From an uncultured virus (IMG/VR IMGVR_UViG_3300011339_000610) (taxonomy: Duplodnaviria > Heunggongvirae > Uroviricota > Caudoviricetes), in IMG/VR virus record IMGVR_UViG_3300011339_000610: 64,000 nt of DNA, one strand, 5' to 3'. The stretch's first letter is position 1, and each line of letters begins with the position of its first letter. A program made the position numbers and the translations under genes. Shown one piece after another: positions 28,301 to 36,780 of this stretch. The notes under the pieces are model-generated. The model did no database searches. It was not told the origin of the DNA and saw only the letters and a list, made by a program, of their open reading frames with translations.

Positions 28301-28464
28301 CAACCGAACAACCAACAATATTAAGCCTTGAGGCACATGGCAAGAAGGTAACAATACAAGCCCCAACATCAGATATCCATATAGATGAGATGATAGACAT
28401 GATAAAGAGCGTGTTATACGCAAGTGGATGGGGAAAAGAAACAATTGATAAATATATAGAATAG
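28297..28464 (+). CDS. hypothetical protein
   Basis: ATGA overlap with the previous gene. Confidence 0.6.
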   Translation: MTTEQPTILSLEAHGKKVTIQAPTSDIHIDEMIDMIKSVLYASGWGKETIDKYIE

Positions 28465-28469
28465 CAAAT

Positions 28470-28542
28470 TATCCGATGGTGTAATTGGCAACACGTCTGA
28501 TTTTGGTTCAGAAGAGTTTAGGTTCGAGACCTAATCGGATAA
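28470..28542 (+). tRNA. tRNA-Gln(UUG)
   Basis: Acceptor TATCCGA/TCGGATA, anticodon arm TCTGA-TTTTGGT-TCAGA, T loop TTCGAGA; CCA not encoded. Confidence 0.92.
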
Positions 28543-28567
28543 CAAACAAACAAACAAAATAAAAACT

Positions 28568-28942
28568 ATGACATCATTAATTTTAATCATTTTAGCAGCT
28601 GTATTAAATGCAGTAATGGACATTTTATCATACAGATATGATATAAGTGTATTTTCAAAGTATCCTAAATTTAATCAATTCACTCAGCCTGCGCTTTCAT
28701 GGCAAAACAAATGGAAAAATGGGGACAGAAAGCAAGGGGAAAAGTTCTTTGGTTCTAGCACATTCTTAGTATGGACTACAGATGCATGGCACTTATCTAA
28801 AACATTAATGCTAGCTTGCATTAGCATTGCAATCGTAACATACAGACCAATGATACACCCTGTAATAGACGCAATCGCATATTGGATTGTATTTGGTATC
28901 GTATTCGAATTATTTTGGAGTAAGGTATTCATAAAGAAATAA
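28568..28942 (+). CDS. membrane protein
   Basis: Three hydrophobic segments; SW.NKW and TDAWH motifs. Confidence 0.75.
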   Translation: MTSLILIILAAVLNAVMDILSYRYDISVFSKYPKFNQFTQPALSWQNKWKNGDRKQGEKFFGSSTFLVWTTDAWHLSKTLMLACISIAIVTYRPMIHPVIDAIAYWIVFGIVFELFWSKVFIKK

Positions 28943-28943
28943 T

Positions 28944-29375
28944 ATGAGCAACAAAGAACAAACAGCGGTTGATTGGTTATTTAAACAGCTATGGGACGAG
29001 CCAAAAGATAAGTTTACATGGTATGCAATTTTAAAACAAGCAAAAACAATGCACGAGGAGGAGATGAAACAAACTTATTTTGTATGGGGAACAGAGATGA
29101 AGATTTTGAACAATCCTACAACGAAACATACGGAGGTGATAATGAGCGGCAAAAAACAAAGCAGCGTAGAGTGGTTAGAAGAGCAAATGCCAACAGCATT
29201 TAAAAACTTGACTATTAATAAAGATTTATTTGAACAAGCCAAAGAAAAGCACAAGGAAGAGATAGAAATTGCATTTGCTAAATCATATTTAATCGGTGTT
29301 GAAGGGGTGAGTTATGATGATGCAAATAAAGCATCGGATAAATACTACAACGAAACATTTGGCAAAGATGAGTAA
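28944..29375 (+). CDS. two mosaic-family modules fused by an apparent frameshift
   Basis: QTAVDWL and QSSVEWL repeated; the first unit's YNETYG tail lies in another frame. Confidence 0.65.
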   Translation: MSNKEQTAVDWLFKQLWDEPKDKFTWYAILKQAKTMHEEEMKQTYFVWGTEMKILNNPTTKHTEVIMSGKKQSSVEWLEEQMPTAFKNLTINKDLFEQAKEKHKEEIEIAFAKSYLIGVEGVSYDDANKASDKYYNETFGKDE

Positions 29376-29550
29376 GAAGGCATTATCACGCAAAAGGTCA
29401 TTATACTTCATAAGTAAAATGGAGCACATGAAATACGAAGAAATGAGTTTTCCCCTAGCCAGGAAACACAAAATAGCATTATGGGAATGGCATAAGATAA
29501 GAAATGTAGTTTCAGAATGGCTAGAATCAAGAGGACTCAAGACAAAATAA
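29368..29550 (+). CDS. hypothetical protein
   Basis: Basic ORF overlapping the previous stop. Confidence 0.55.
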   Translation: MSKKALSRKRSLYFISKMEHMKYEEMSFPLARKHKIALWEWHKIRNVVSEWLESRGLKTK

Positions 29551-29593
29551 ACATTTGTGTATTATCTGAAAATTTAATATTATATTTGCGAAC

Positions 29594-30205
29594 ATGAGTA
29601 GAATAGAATATAACCCATCCCTTAACGATAAAGTTGCGGGACAATTAGGAGACTTAGGCGTAGAAATACAAATACCTTTAAGCTCTATAAAAGACTTAAT
29701 TATGCCTTACAAGGTGTATACTGCGCTATTGTCACAGGCTGGTCTTAGTGAACCTTTAGTTTTGTTTGATGGAGAGTTAACTATAGGAGTAACTTACTTG
29801 ATAGATGACAACGGTGGCAGTGGATGGGATTTTACAAATGTAGGTGCTCCTAATAATGATTTATTTACTTATTTTGTAGCTACTGGAACTACCCCCAATA
29901 GCTGGGGCAGTGATGCTATGCTTAGTTACAATCTAGGTGCTCCAGTAGTAACAGTATTACAGAATACAATTGGAAATATTTGGTTTACGTATGAGAATGT
30001 AGGTAATTATAACATACAATCAAATACGTTGTTTACGGTTAATAAAACATATTGTTCTGCTACATTATCTAATCATAATAATGATGCTACTAATGCAATT
30101 CTTGGCCCTGTAAATAATTCTAGTCTTAGATTAATAACCCTTTTACCAACTGATGGCCCATTCAATTCTAGTGATACATCAATAGAAATAAGAGTATATA
30201 ACTAA
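29594..30205 (+). CDS. putative virion/decoration protein
   Basis: YKVYTALLSQ...SIEIRVYN beta-rich protein behind a TATATTTG promoter. Confidence 0.55.
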   Translation: MSRIEYNPSLNDKVAGQLGDLGVEIQIPLSSIKDLIMPYKVYTALLSQAGLSEPLVLFDGELTIGVTYLIDDNGGSGWDFTNVGAPNNDLFTYFVATGTTPNSWGSDAMLSYNLGAPVVTVLQNTIGNIWFTYENVGNYNIQSNTLFTVNKTYCSATLSNHNNDATNAILGPVNNSSLRLITLLPTDGPFNSSDTSIEIRVYN

Positions 30206-30223
30206 TCTAGCAAGATAACATAC

Positions 30224-30258
30224 AAGACCACTTAGGAAAACCCTAGGTGGTTTTTTTA
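30224..30258 (+). terminator. intrinsic terminator
   Basis: ACCACTTAGG-loop-CCTAGGTGGT followed by T-run. Confidence 0.85.
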
Positions 30259-30703
30259 TGCCTATACACCACCACAGCATACACTCCGCACACAGGGGGT
30301 ATTGTGCCTGTATATAGTATCAATGTCCGTGGAACATATTACCACACCTACTTTGTGTTTTACCGAGGCCATTTTTACTAACTGCCTCACAATCAACCGT
30401 GGAACATTTTACATTCTTACCATAAATACCAAATATACCCCGTATTACATATAAAACACCCCCTTTTAACCCCCTCCCAGGGGTCACTACCCAATTATTT
30501 TTTTACCAATATAGGATGGATTATCAGTATATAGGATGGATTCTTAGGGTAACCCCATAAGATTTCACCTGCTGCTTAACCAAAAAAAAGGTATACCGCA
30601 CCTTACCTCCCACCCACACCACACAGCTAAAAACAGCTTTATACACTTATAAACCGTTATATATCAAAAGTTTAAAAATAAAATTTGCCTATAAACTTTA
30701 CCA

Positions 30704-30719
30704 TGTTTCACGTGGAACG
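30704..30719. promoter_or_regulatory. parS-like palindrome TGTTTCACGTGGAACG
   Basis: Close match to the bacterial parS consensus; half-sites CCGTGGAACA at about 30327 and 30397. Confidence 0.7.
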
Positions 30720-30882
30720 GGGAGGGGAAATAACATCCTGCTATCTGTACTTAGTCTAAATAAAAATAGTTAACATTGGTTTGAAGATAGTACAGTTTCC
30801 TTATCCAGAAAGATTCTAAATAGTTATTTATATTGTTTCTTAATAGTGCTTTTTAACATGCACTTTGCAGCCTATATAAAAC

Positions 30883-31070
30883 CTGATTAATATCATATAA
30901 ATAATTCACATAAACTGATTTTTATCATTTTATACCTTATTGCATTGGTATACTTTTGTACTTAGTTATTTGATATAAGGCACTAAGGCAAAACATGATA
31001 ATTATCATAAAAAAAAATATTAAAAACTGATTTTTATCATTGTATTACTTTTTAAACTGCTTTATGTTTG
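30883..31070 (+). promoter_or_regulatory. tandem early promoters, each with two TGAT-N4-ATCA boxes
   Basis: Boxes at 30883, 30915, 30995, 31027; TAnnTTTG at 30951 and 31063; exact 112-bp offset. Confidence 0.75.
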
Positions 31071-31110
31071 TACTCGTTAATTAGAAACACACATACATAT
31101 ATATACACAC

Positions 31111-31470
31111 ATGAAAAACAACAAAACAGCTACAGCGCAAAGCGCAACAGCTAACAAAGCAACATTAAGCACAGCAACAGCACAAACAGCTAACAAGGCT
31201 AAAACTACTAAAGTAAAACAGCCAAGCGCATACGATACGCAAGTATTAAAACGTTGGGCTAACTTAAAAGAAGAAAAAGGCAAAATAGGTTATTGTTTAT
31301 CTTTCATCAAAGCGCAAGCGGACGTTTTACAGCTAACTAATAAAGAAACTAAGCTTATAACTGAATGGCGCAAAGATGCAAGTACACTAACAGCTAATTT
31401 AAAGGCAAACAAGGCGGGCAAATATAGTGCATGGCAAATATTCCAATACATGTATAAAATTAGCAAGTAA
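31111..31470 (+). CDS. first early gene, basic hypothetical protein
   Basis: Ala/Thr/Lys-rich N-terminus with ATAQ/TANKA repeats. Confidence 0.75.
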   Translation: MKNNKTATAQSATANKATLSTATAQTANKAKTTKVKQPSAYDTQVLKRWANLKEEKGKIGYCLSFIKAQADVLQLTNKETKLITEWRKDASTLTANLKANKAGKYSAWQIFQYMYKISK

Positions 31471-31476
31471 TTTAAT

Positions 31477-32075
31477 AGGCTATTATACCGCTTTGTAAAT
31501 AGAAGCGGGCAAATATCGAATATTTTAATAGCCTCAAAGTATACCAACGTTTTAACAAATTTAGTGCGCTTCGCACACGTTGGGCAAATATACGAAAGTG
31601 TAATAAATGTACACTTGTTTAGCATAGCTTCTATGCAATTATAACAAGTTATAATTTTTTACAGTGTACCTTTCTCATGTTTATAAATTATTAGTAGTGC
31701 AGTATATGCGCATGAACATATTTTTATAACAATACCAATACAATATGTATAAAAAATGCATACTTTCATACGTATGTGCTGTATTTTTGGCAAATTTACA
31801 GGTATTTAGCTGCACTTCGGTTTGTGTAGCTACCTTATAAAATCATGGGCAAATGTCAAGAGTAAGGAAATAACAATGCTAGCGTAATTATGCGCTCAAA
31901 AAATCAAAACAATTATTATCTAATCAACTATACACGCTACAATGTGAGCGTGTGTATATATGTTATAACTTGCTTAAGTGACCCAATCTAGTGCGCAAGT
32001 TGAAATACAAAGGGTAATGAGTGCGCAATGTCGTAAAATGCGTATTATAGGTTAACCGACAATACCTACACTCGC
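31477..32075 (+). ncRNA. candidate large structured ncRNA (~600 nt)
   Basis: No plus-strand ORF; more than ten stems, G-U pairs on plus, recurring GGCAAA, possible 3' pseudoknots. Confidence 0.6.
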
Positions 32076-32096
32076 TAAACAACTAATAATAAAACC

Positions 32097-32213
32097 ATGA
32101 GAAAACTATCTATTGCCTTAGCAATGCTAGGCTTATTAATTTTAAGTTCGTGTGCAAGTAACAGACCATGTTACAAACAACAAAATTTTTTCTTCAGTAA
32201 AACAGTAATTTAA
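32097..32213 (+). CDS. tiny lipoprotein (38 aa)
   Basis: MRKLSIALAMLGLLILSSCAS lipobox. Confidence 0.65.
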   Translation: MRKLSIALAMLGLLILSSCASNRPCYKQQNFFFSKTVI

Positions 32214-32218
32214 ACAGT

Positions 32219-32302
32219 ATGAAATTGACTAAAAAAGAATTGGCTATATCGCTATTCATTGTGTGGGCTTTGGCATACTTCGCTGAACATATCGTAAAAT
32301 AA
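32219..32302 (+). CDS. tiny membrane peptide (27 aa)
   Basis: MKLTKKELAISLFIVWALAYFAEHIVK. Confidence 0.55.
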   Translation: MKLTKKELAISLFIVWALAYFAEHIVK

Positions 32303-32316
32303 TTAATTATAAAACT

Positions 32317-32556
32317 ATGGACTACATTAAAAACTTAAAAGAAATGATTGAAAGCTGTTTCACATATGGTGGTGCAGGTGTAGACAGTTACAATTACAAA
32401 ACGTACATTTTAAAGTACAAAGATAACCTGGGTGAAGACGTGTTCACCCAAGTATATAATGAACACTTGCAATACCTTACAGACAATGCGACTGTGCAAA
32501 CAAATGTGTACACTGACTGCGAAGGGCTATCTTATAACAATTTAATAATAAAATAA
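32317..32556 (+). CDS. early hypothetical protein
   Basis: YTDCEGLSYN motif; A-rich leader. Confidence 0.7.
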   Translation: MDYIKNLKEMIESCFTYGGAGVDSYNYKTYILKYKDNLGEDVFTQVYNEHLQYLTDNATVQTNVYTDCEGLSYNNLIIK

Positions 32557-32567
32557 ACAATACAATT

Positions 32568-32948
32568 ATGGGATGGACTACAATGCACAGGTATGAGCCT
32601 GTAAAAGAACTATTCACAAAGCAAATTGAATGGGGTAATCGTTACAAGGTTATTGATTGTAAAATTGTACATATGACTGAGTTATATGCGGCAATACTTG
32701 ACACACAAACTAACCAAGTAAGAGGTGAAGTATGGTTGCTTCGCTATTACAAGAGCGGCAGCTATTATAAAAACATGTTTGGTAATGTACAATATAATTT
32801 CGGGTACAAAGCTATGAATGAATCATGCGGGCCTTATTATTTTAAGTGTCCCAAAAGTGTGCTAGACAAACTTACACCAACTGAGGATAACAATGCAAAT
32901 GAATGGCGCAAACAATGCTTAGAACTAATTAACAACCGTAAAAAATAA
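32568..32948 (+). CDS. DUF6927-like early protein
   Basis: MGW...GYK.M.E..GP....CP...L..L.......A..WR..C. Confidence 0.7.
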   Translation: MGWTTMHRYEPVKELFTKQIEWGNRYKVIDCKIVHMTELYAAILDTQTNQVRGEVWLLRYYKSGSYYKNMFGNVQYNFGYKAMNESCGPYYFKCPKSVLDKLTPTEDNNANEWRKQCLELINNRKK

Positions 32949-32959
32949 ACAATACAACT

Positions 32960-33394
32960 ATGAAAGATAACTGGATTAGATTAGGTATAGAGATTGACAA
33001 CTCTACCCTAGGTTTCACTCAGACTATAAATGTGTCTGATATGATTAACACAGAGTATACACGCTTGCTTGATGAGTCTATACTCGATAATTATAAGAAA
33101 GCACTCAAAGCTTGTGGTGGTAAATTCGATATGATAACCATTAGTATAAGCCGCTCAGTTAGTTATAGCTACACGTATCAATGCCTGAAACAATACAGGT
33201 TCTTAGGTAAAAAGTCTAATGACTATAACCCTGATGGTATAGAAGGCTCTCGATACTTCGATAATATGTTTGGCGACTTTCAACCATGCGACAAAAAAGA
33301 AATTATAAAAACCATTAAAGAGTATATCAATACAGCTAACCGTATATATATAGAAGCTATTAAAGAAAACAATCAACAACTTGTAAATAATTAA
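32960..33394 (+). CDS. early hypothetical protein
   Basis: ORF in early operon. Confidence 0.7.
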   Translation: MKDNWIRLGIEIDNSTLGFTQTINVSDMINTEYTRLLDESILDNYKKALKACGGKFDMITISISRSVSYSYTYQCLKQYRFLGKKSNDYNPDGIEGSRYFDNMFGDFQPCDKKEIIKTIKEYINTANRIYIEAIKENNQQLVNN

Positions 33395-33398
33395 TATC

Positions 33399-34112
33399 AT
33401 GAATTTTAAAAAGCAACTATTAACGCACGGCAGTAGTAATGTAAAGACTGCCAAAAGTCAACATATCGCAGAGTCGTATATCTTGCACTTGTCGCCTCAC
33501 AAACTTAATTCATTCGGTAAGAATGTATGCGGTCATGCTTCCGCAGGCTGTGCCGCTGCTTGCCTTAACACCGCAGGTATGGGTAAGTTCAGCAATGTGC
33601 AGGCTGCTCGTCAACGTAAGACTGACTGGTTTTTCTCTGATACTGTCGGCTTTCTTACTCAGCTATACCGTGAGTTATACCTTATCAATGCCGAGGCAAT
33701 GTTTGACAATCGCAGTATAGCTATTCGACTCAATGGTACATCTGACCTTGACTTTATTATGCTATTCAAACTCAAGCTTGACAAAGATATACTTAACGAG
33801 TTCACACACATACAGTTCTACGACTACACTAAGAATTACAAACGTGCTATCACATACCTTGACAGTAAGTATAGCTTAACATTCTCACGCTCTGAGACCA
33901 ATGACGCTGAGTGTCGCAAGTTCCTAGAGTTAGGCGGTAATGTTGCCGCTGTGTTCAATCAATTGCCTGACACATACTTAGGCTATACAGTTATCAATGG
34001 TGACATCAATGACCTGCGCTACCTTGACCCTGCCAATGTTATTGTAGGCTTGACCGCTAAAGGTAAAGGCAAGAAAGATGATACAAACTTTGTTATACAA
34101 ATTAATAATTAA
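33399..34112 (+). CDS. phage gp88-like protein
   Basis: C..AS.GC.AACL...G, IRLNGTSD, FYDYTK, GD..DLR.LD, GL.AKG. Confidence 0.8.
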   Translation: MNFKKQLLTHGSSNVKTAKSQHIAESYILHLSPHKLNSFGKNVCGHASAGCAAACLNTAGMGKFSNVQAARQRKTDWFFSDTVGFLTQLYRELYLINAEAMFDNRSIAIRLNGTSDLDFIMLFKLKLDKDILNEFTHIQFYDYTKNYKRAITYLDSKYSLTFSRSETNDAECRKFLELGGNVAAVFNQLPDTYLGYTVINGDINDLRYLDPANVIVGLTAKGKGKKDDTNFVIQINN

Positions 34113-34141
34113 AAACATAAACAACTTTAAACAACAACAAC

Positions 34142-35026
34142 ATGACAACTAAAGAACAAACATTCGAATTACTAGAAGCTACAGGCTTAAATTGGACAGT
34201 AAACAAAATTGACCTTGTAAGTCCACAAGGTTACACCACTGAATCATTCGGCATCTTTCGCAATGATACCACTGAATGGTTAGGTACAGTAGGTAATCGT
34301 TACGTACCTATGCAAAACTACGAGTTAGCTGAGACTATCGTAGAAGCTACTAAAGGTATTGGCTTAGTTACTACTAAGGGTGGCGAGTTATCAGGAGGCT
34401 CTAAGGTATACTTACAGGCTGAGTTGCCTGATGAGTTTATCGGTAAGTCAGGCGTTAAACGTAACATCACAGCGTTAAACTCTCATGATGGTAGCAGTTC
34501 CATTGGCTTTGGTTCTTCTAGCACCGTAGTGGTGTGTACCAATACATTCTACCGTGCATACAAGGGACTTGACAAGTTCAGACATACAGCGTCAGCTAAG
34601 GAACGTATAGAACGTGCAATGCTAGACTTACGCAAGGCTTTAGATTTAGATAAGGCTTTAATGGATAACTTTAAAATAATGGCTGACATGCCTTATAATG
34701 ACCAATTAGCAGAGCGTTTAATACGCAGGCTATTCGAAGTAGAACCTATGGCATCTAAAGATAGCGTGAGCACTCGCAAACTTAATCAAGTTACCGCATT
34801 CGCTAACTCTATTGAGAAAGAAGTTAACCTAGAAGGTAACACTATATGGGCACTATTCAATGCAGTGACACGCTACACTAACCACGTAGTTGCCCCTAAG
34901 AATGCAGATGATAAGGCTGAGTATCTTATGACGGGTGGAGGCTACAAGTTTGCAACCACAGGCTACGATGAAATTATGGCATTCATAGAAAAGAATACAG
35001 CTAAAGCAAGCCACATTATATTTTAA
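34142..35026 (+). CDS. DUF932-family protein
   Basis: GLNWTV...Y.P.QN...NSHDGS...VVC.N...T.WALFNAVT.Y..H. Confidence 0.85.
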   Translation: MTTKEQTFELLEATGLNWTVNKIDLVSPQGYTTESFGIFRNDTTEWLGTVGNRYVPMQNYELAETIVEATKGIGLVTTKGGELSGGSKVYLQAELPDEFIGKSGVKRNITALNSHDGSSSIGFGSSSTVVVCTNTFYRAYKGLDKFRHTASAKERIERAMLDLRKALDLDKALMDNFKIMADMPYNDQLAERLIRRLFEVEPMASKDSVSTRKLNQVTAFANSIEKEVNLEGNTIWALFNAVTRYTNHVVAPKNADDKAEYLMTGGGYKFATTGYDEIMAFIEKNTAKASHIIF

Positions 35027-35091
35027 TATAAACCATGTACCCTAACACTTTGTTGGGGTGCATTTAAATAAACAACTTAATAATTAACAAC

Positions 35092-35301
35092 ATGGACAAT
35101 ATTAGAGTGTATGGTATTAACATTGATAATACCGAATTAGAAAACATCAATGAGATTAGCAATGACCAATGGCAAGATATTGCTGAAGAGAGTGGTCTTG
35201 TATGGTCTCTATCTACATTTGCTAACCAACTAAATGATTCAATGATTAACACGGAAAGCATACTAATAAGATTTATTAATATCTATTCATCAACTAATTA
35301 A
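35092..35301 (+). CDS. acidic early protein
   Basis: AEE.G.VWSL..F...LN motif. Confidence 0.7.
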   Translation: MDNIRVYGINIDNTELENINEISNDQWQDIAEESGLVWSLSTFANQLNDSMINTESILIRFINIYSSTN

Positions 35302-35307
35302 TACAAC

Positions 35308-35598
35308 ATGGAAACAACTCAAGAAGTATTCATTCGTTCACTATCACAAGATATTGACCGCACAAACGGTAAATTTTTTACGGTTAAATTTATTAAAAAA
35401 GATGGCACACTGCGCAGAATGACCTGCCGCACTGGTGTAAGCAAGGGAGTAAATGGCAAAGGGCTCGATTTCGACCCCAAAGAGAAAGGGCTTAAAGTTG
35501 TATGGTCAACCGATGCCGAAGGCTATCGTATGATTAACCTTGCACAAGTAAAAGAGATTACATTTAATGGTACAACCACAGTTTACAACACATTATAA
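35308..35598 (+). CDS. SH3/WYL-like beta-barrel protein
   Basis: FTV.FIKKDG..R.M.CR.GV...GYRMIN. Confidence 0.75.
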   Translation: METTQEVFIRSLSQDIDRTNGKFFTVKFIKKDGTLRRMTCRTGVSKGVNGKGLDFDPKEKGLKVVWSTDAEGYRMINLAQVKEITFNGTTTVYNTL

Positions 35599-35606
35599 AC
35601 AACATT

Positions 35607-35813
35607 ATGGATATTACAATCAATGCATTAGAACTAGCATCAGAGTTGGCACACGATATGGTATGTGCAAGATTTGACGATGATGACAACGCTATTTATG
35701 AAGGGCCAACAGATGGTATTACCGTTTACACAGACAAGGCACAAGATATATTTAATGAATGGTATGACCATTACCTACACAAAATAGAAGAATGTAACAC
35801 CAATAAATTATAA
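35607..35813 (+). CDS. acidic early protein
   Basis: ELASELA...AQDIFN.WYD.Y. Confidence 0.7.
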   Translation: MDITINALELASELAHDMVCARFDDDDNAIYEGPTDGITVYTDKAQDIFNEWYDHYLHKIEECNTNKL

Positions 35814-35817
35814 AATT

Positions 35818-36021
35818 ATGAAAGACGAAAGACAATTTTTTTGGATTGACAAATCAGGTCGTGGCTACAAAGCCGTATTCGAGTTCGCAGACTTACCACA
35901 AGATGACTCTGATGATGTAGAAACAAACGATAACGGTGACACGTTGCTATCCTGGGCAGAGAACTCTGAAGTAGGTGACGAATGGGATACAAGGACAGAA
36001 AGATATACACGAATTAAATAA
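35818..36021 (+). CDS. acidic early protein
   Basis: Asp/Glu-rich ORF. Confidence 0.7.
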   Translation: MKDERQFFWIDKSGRGYKAVFEFADLPQDDSDDVETNDNGDTLLSWAENSEVGDEWDTRTERYTRIK

Positions 36022-36029
36022 TTAATACT

Positions 36030-36203
36030 ATGCAAGCAATTACAGAATTACAATACGATGACTTAGTACATCGCATCTACGAAGCACTAATCTCAGCAGA
36101 TGACATGGGGCTTGGCGAAATGGGCACATGCAATGATGAAGCCGAAAGAATAGCCACAGAGTGGTGTAAAGACAACCAAATTAAATTACAACCTAACGAC
36201 TAA
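36030..36203 (+). CDS. acidic early protein (57 aa)
   Basis: MQAITELQYDDLVHRIYEAL... Confidence 0.65.
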   Translation: MQAITELQYDDLVHRIYEALISADDMGLGEMGTCNDEAERIATEWCKDNQIKLQPND

Positions 36204-36206
36204 CAT

Positions 36207-36407
36207 ATGTACACCGTAGTAAAGTATCCCGACAATTACAGCATGTACGCATCTGATGTGTATGCAGATTGTGTAAAATATCTAAACCAATTAGATGACT
36301 TATTCAATCGTTTCACAATTAGAACAGAGAAGACAGAAACATTCCTAACAGTTAAACATCCCATCAAGGATACAGTATACAGTATCGAATACGTAATTCA
36401 AAATTAA
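36207..36407 (+). CDS. early hypothetical protein
   Basis: ORF in operon. Confidence 0.65.
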   Translation: MYTVVKYPDNYSMYASDVYADCVKYLNQLDDLFNRFTIRTEKTETFLTVKHPIKDTVYSIEYVIQN

Positions 36408-36411
36408 ACAT

Positions 36412-36546
36412 ATGACATTTACATGCAACAATTGTGGGCATGAGTTTGAAACTCCTACCTACGTAGAAACTGGAGGCGAGTACGGTGGTACATCGCATAA
36501 AGAACCTGCCTCGCCATGCTGCGAGGATTCATTCACAGAAAATTAA
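36412..36546 (+). CDS. zinc-ribbon protein (44 aa)
   Basis: CNNCGHEFE...SPCC. Confidence 0.65.
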   Translation: MTFTCNNCGHEFETPTYVETGGEYGGTSHKEPASPCCEDSFTEN

Positions 36547-36567
36547 CAACAACTAAACAACAACAAC

Positions 36568-36780
36568 ATGAAAGACACTATTAAATCAATTCTAACGCAT
36601 TTAGCCGCTGTTATGGTACTTGCACTAATCTTGGGCAATATCATTCAGTACATGCAATGTAAGGTGCATATAGATACCATTATTTACCTACAGAAGGAAA
36701 TACAGTATCAACAAAATGTGACTATCAAAGTACTTGACAAGGTAACCGATAAGCACGGATACAGAACTATTAAAGAGTAA
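36568..36780 (+). CDS. small membrane protein
   Basis: N-terminal transmembrane helix. Confidence 0.6.
   Translation: MKDTIKSILTHLAAVMVLALILGNIIQYMQCKVHIDTIIYLQKEIQYQQNVTIKVLDKVTDKHGYRTIKE

Noticed and set aside
30260..30910. DnaA boxes in the control region
   Set aside because: Only one-mismatch matches (for example TTATACACT, TTATCCAGA), expected by chance in AT-rich DNA.
31077..31625. Minus-strand ORFs 31077..31283 and 31290..31625
   Set aside because: Antisense to the first early gene and the structured tract; no convincing expression signals.
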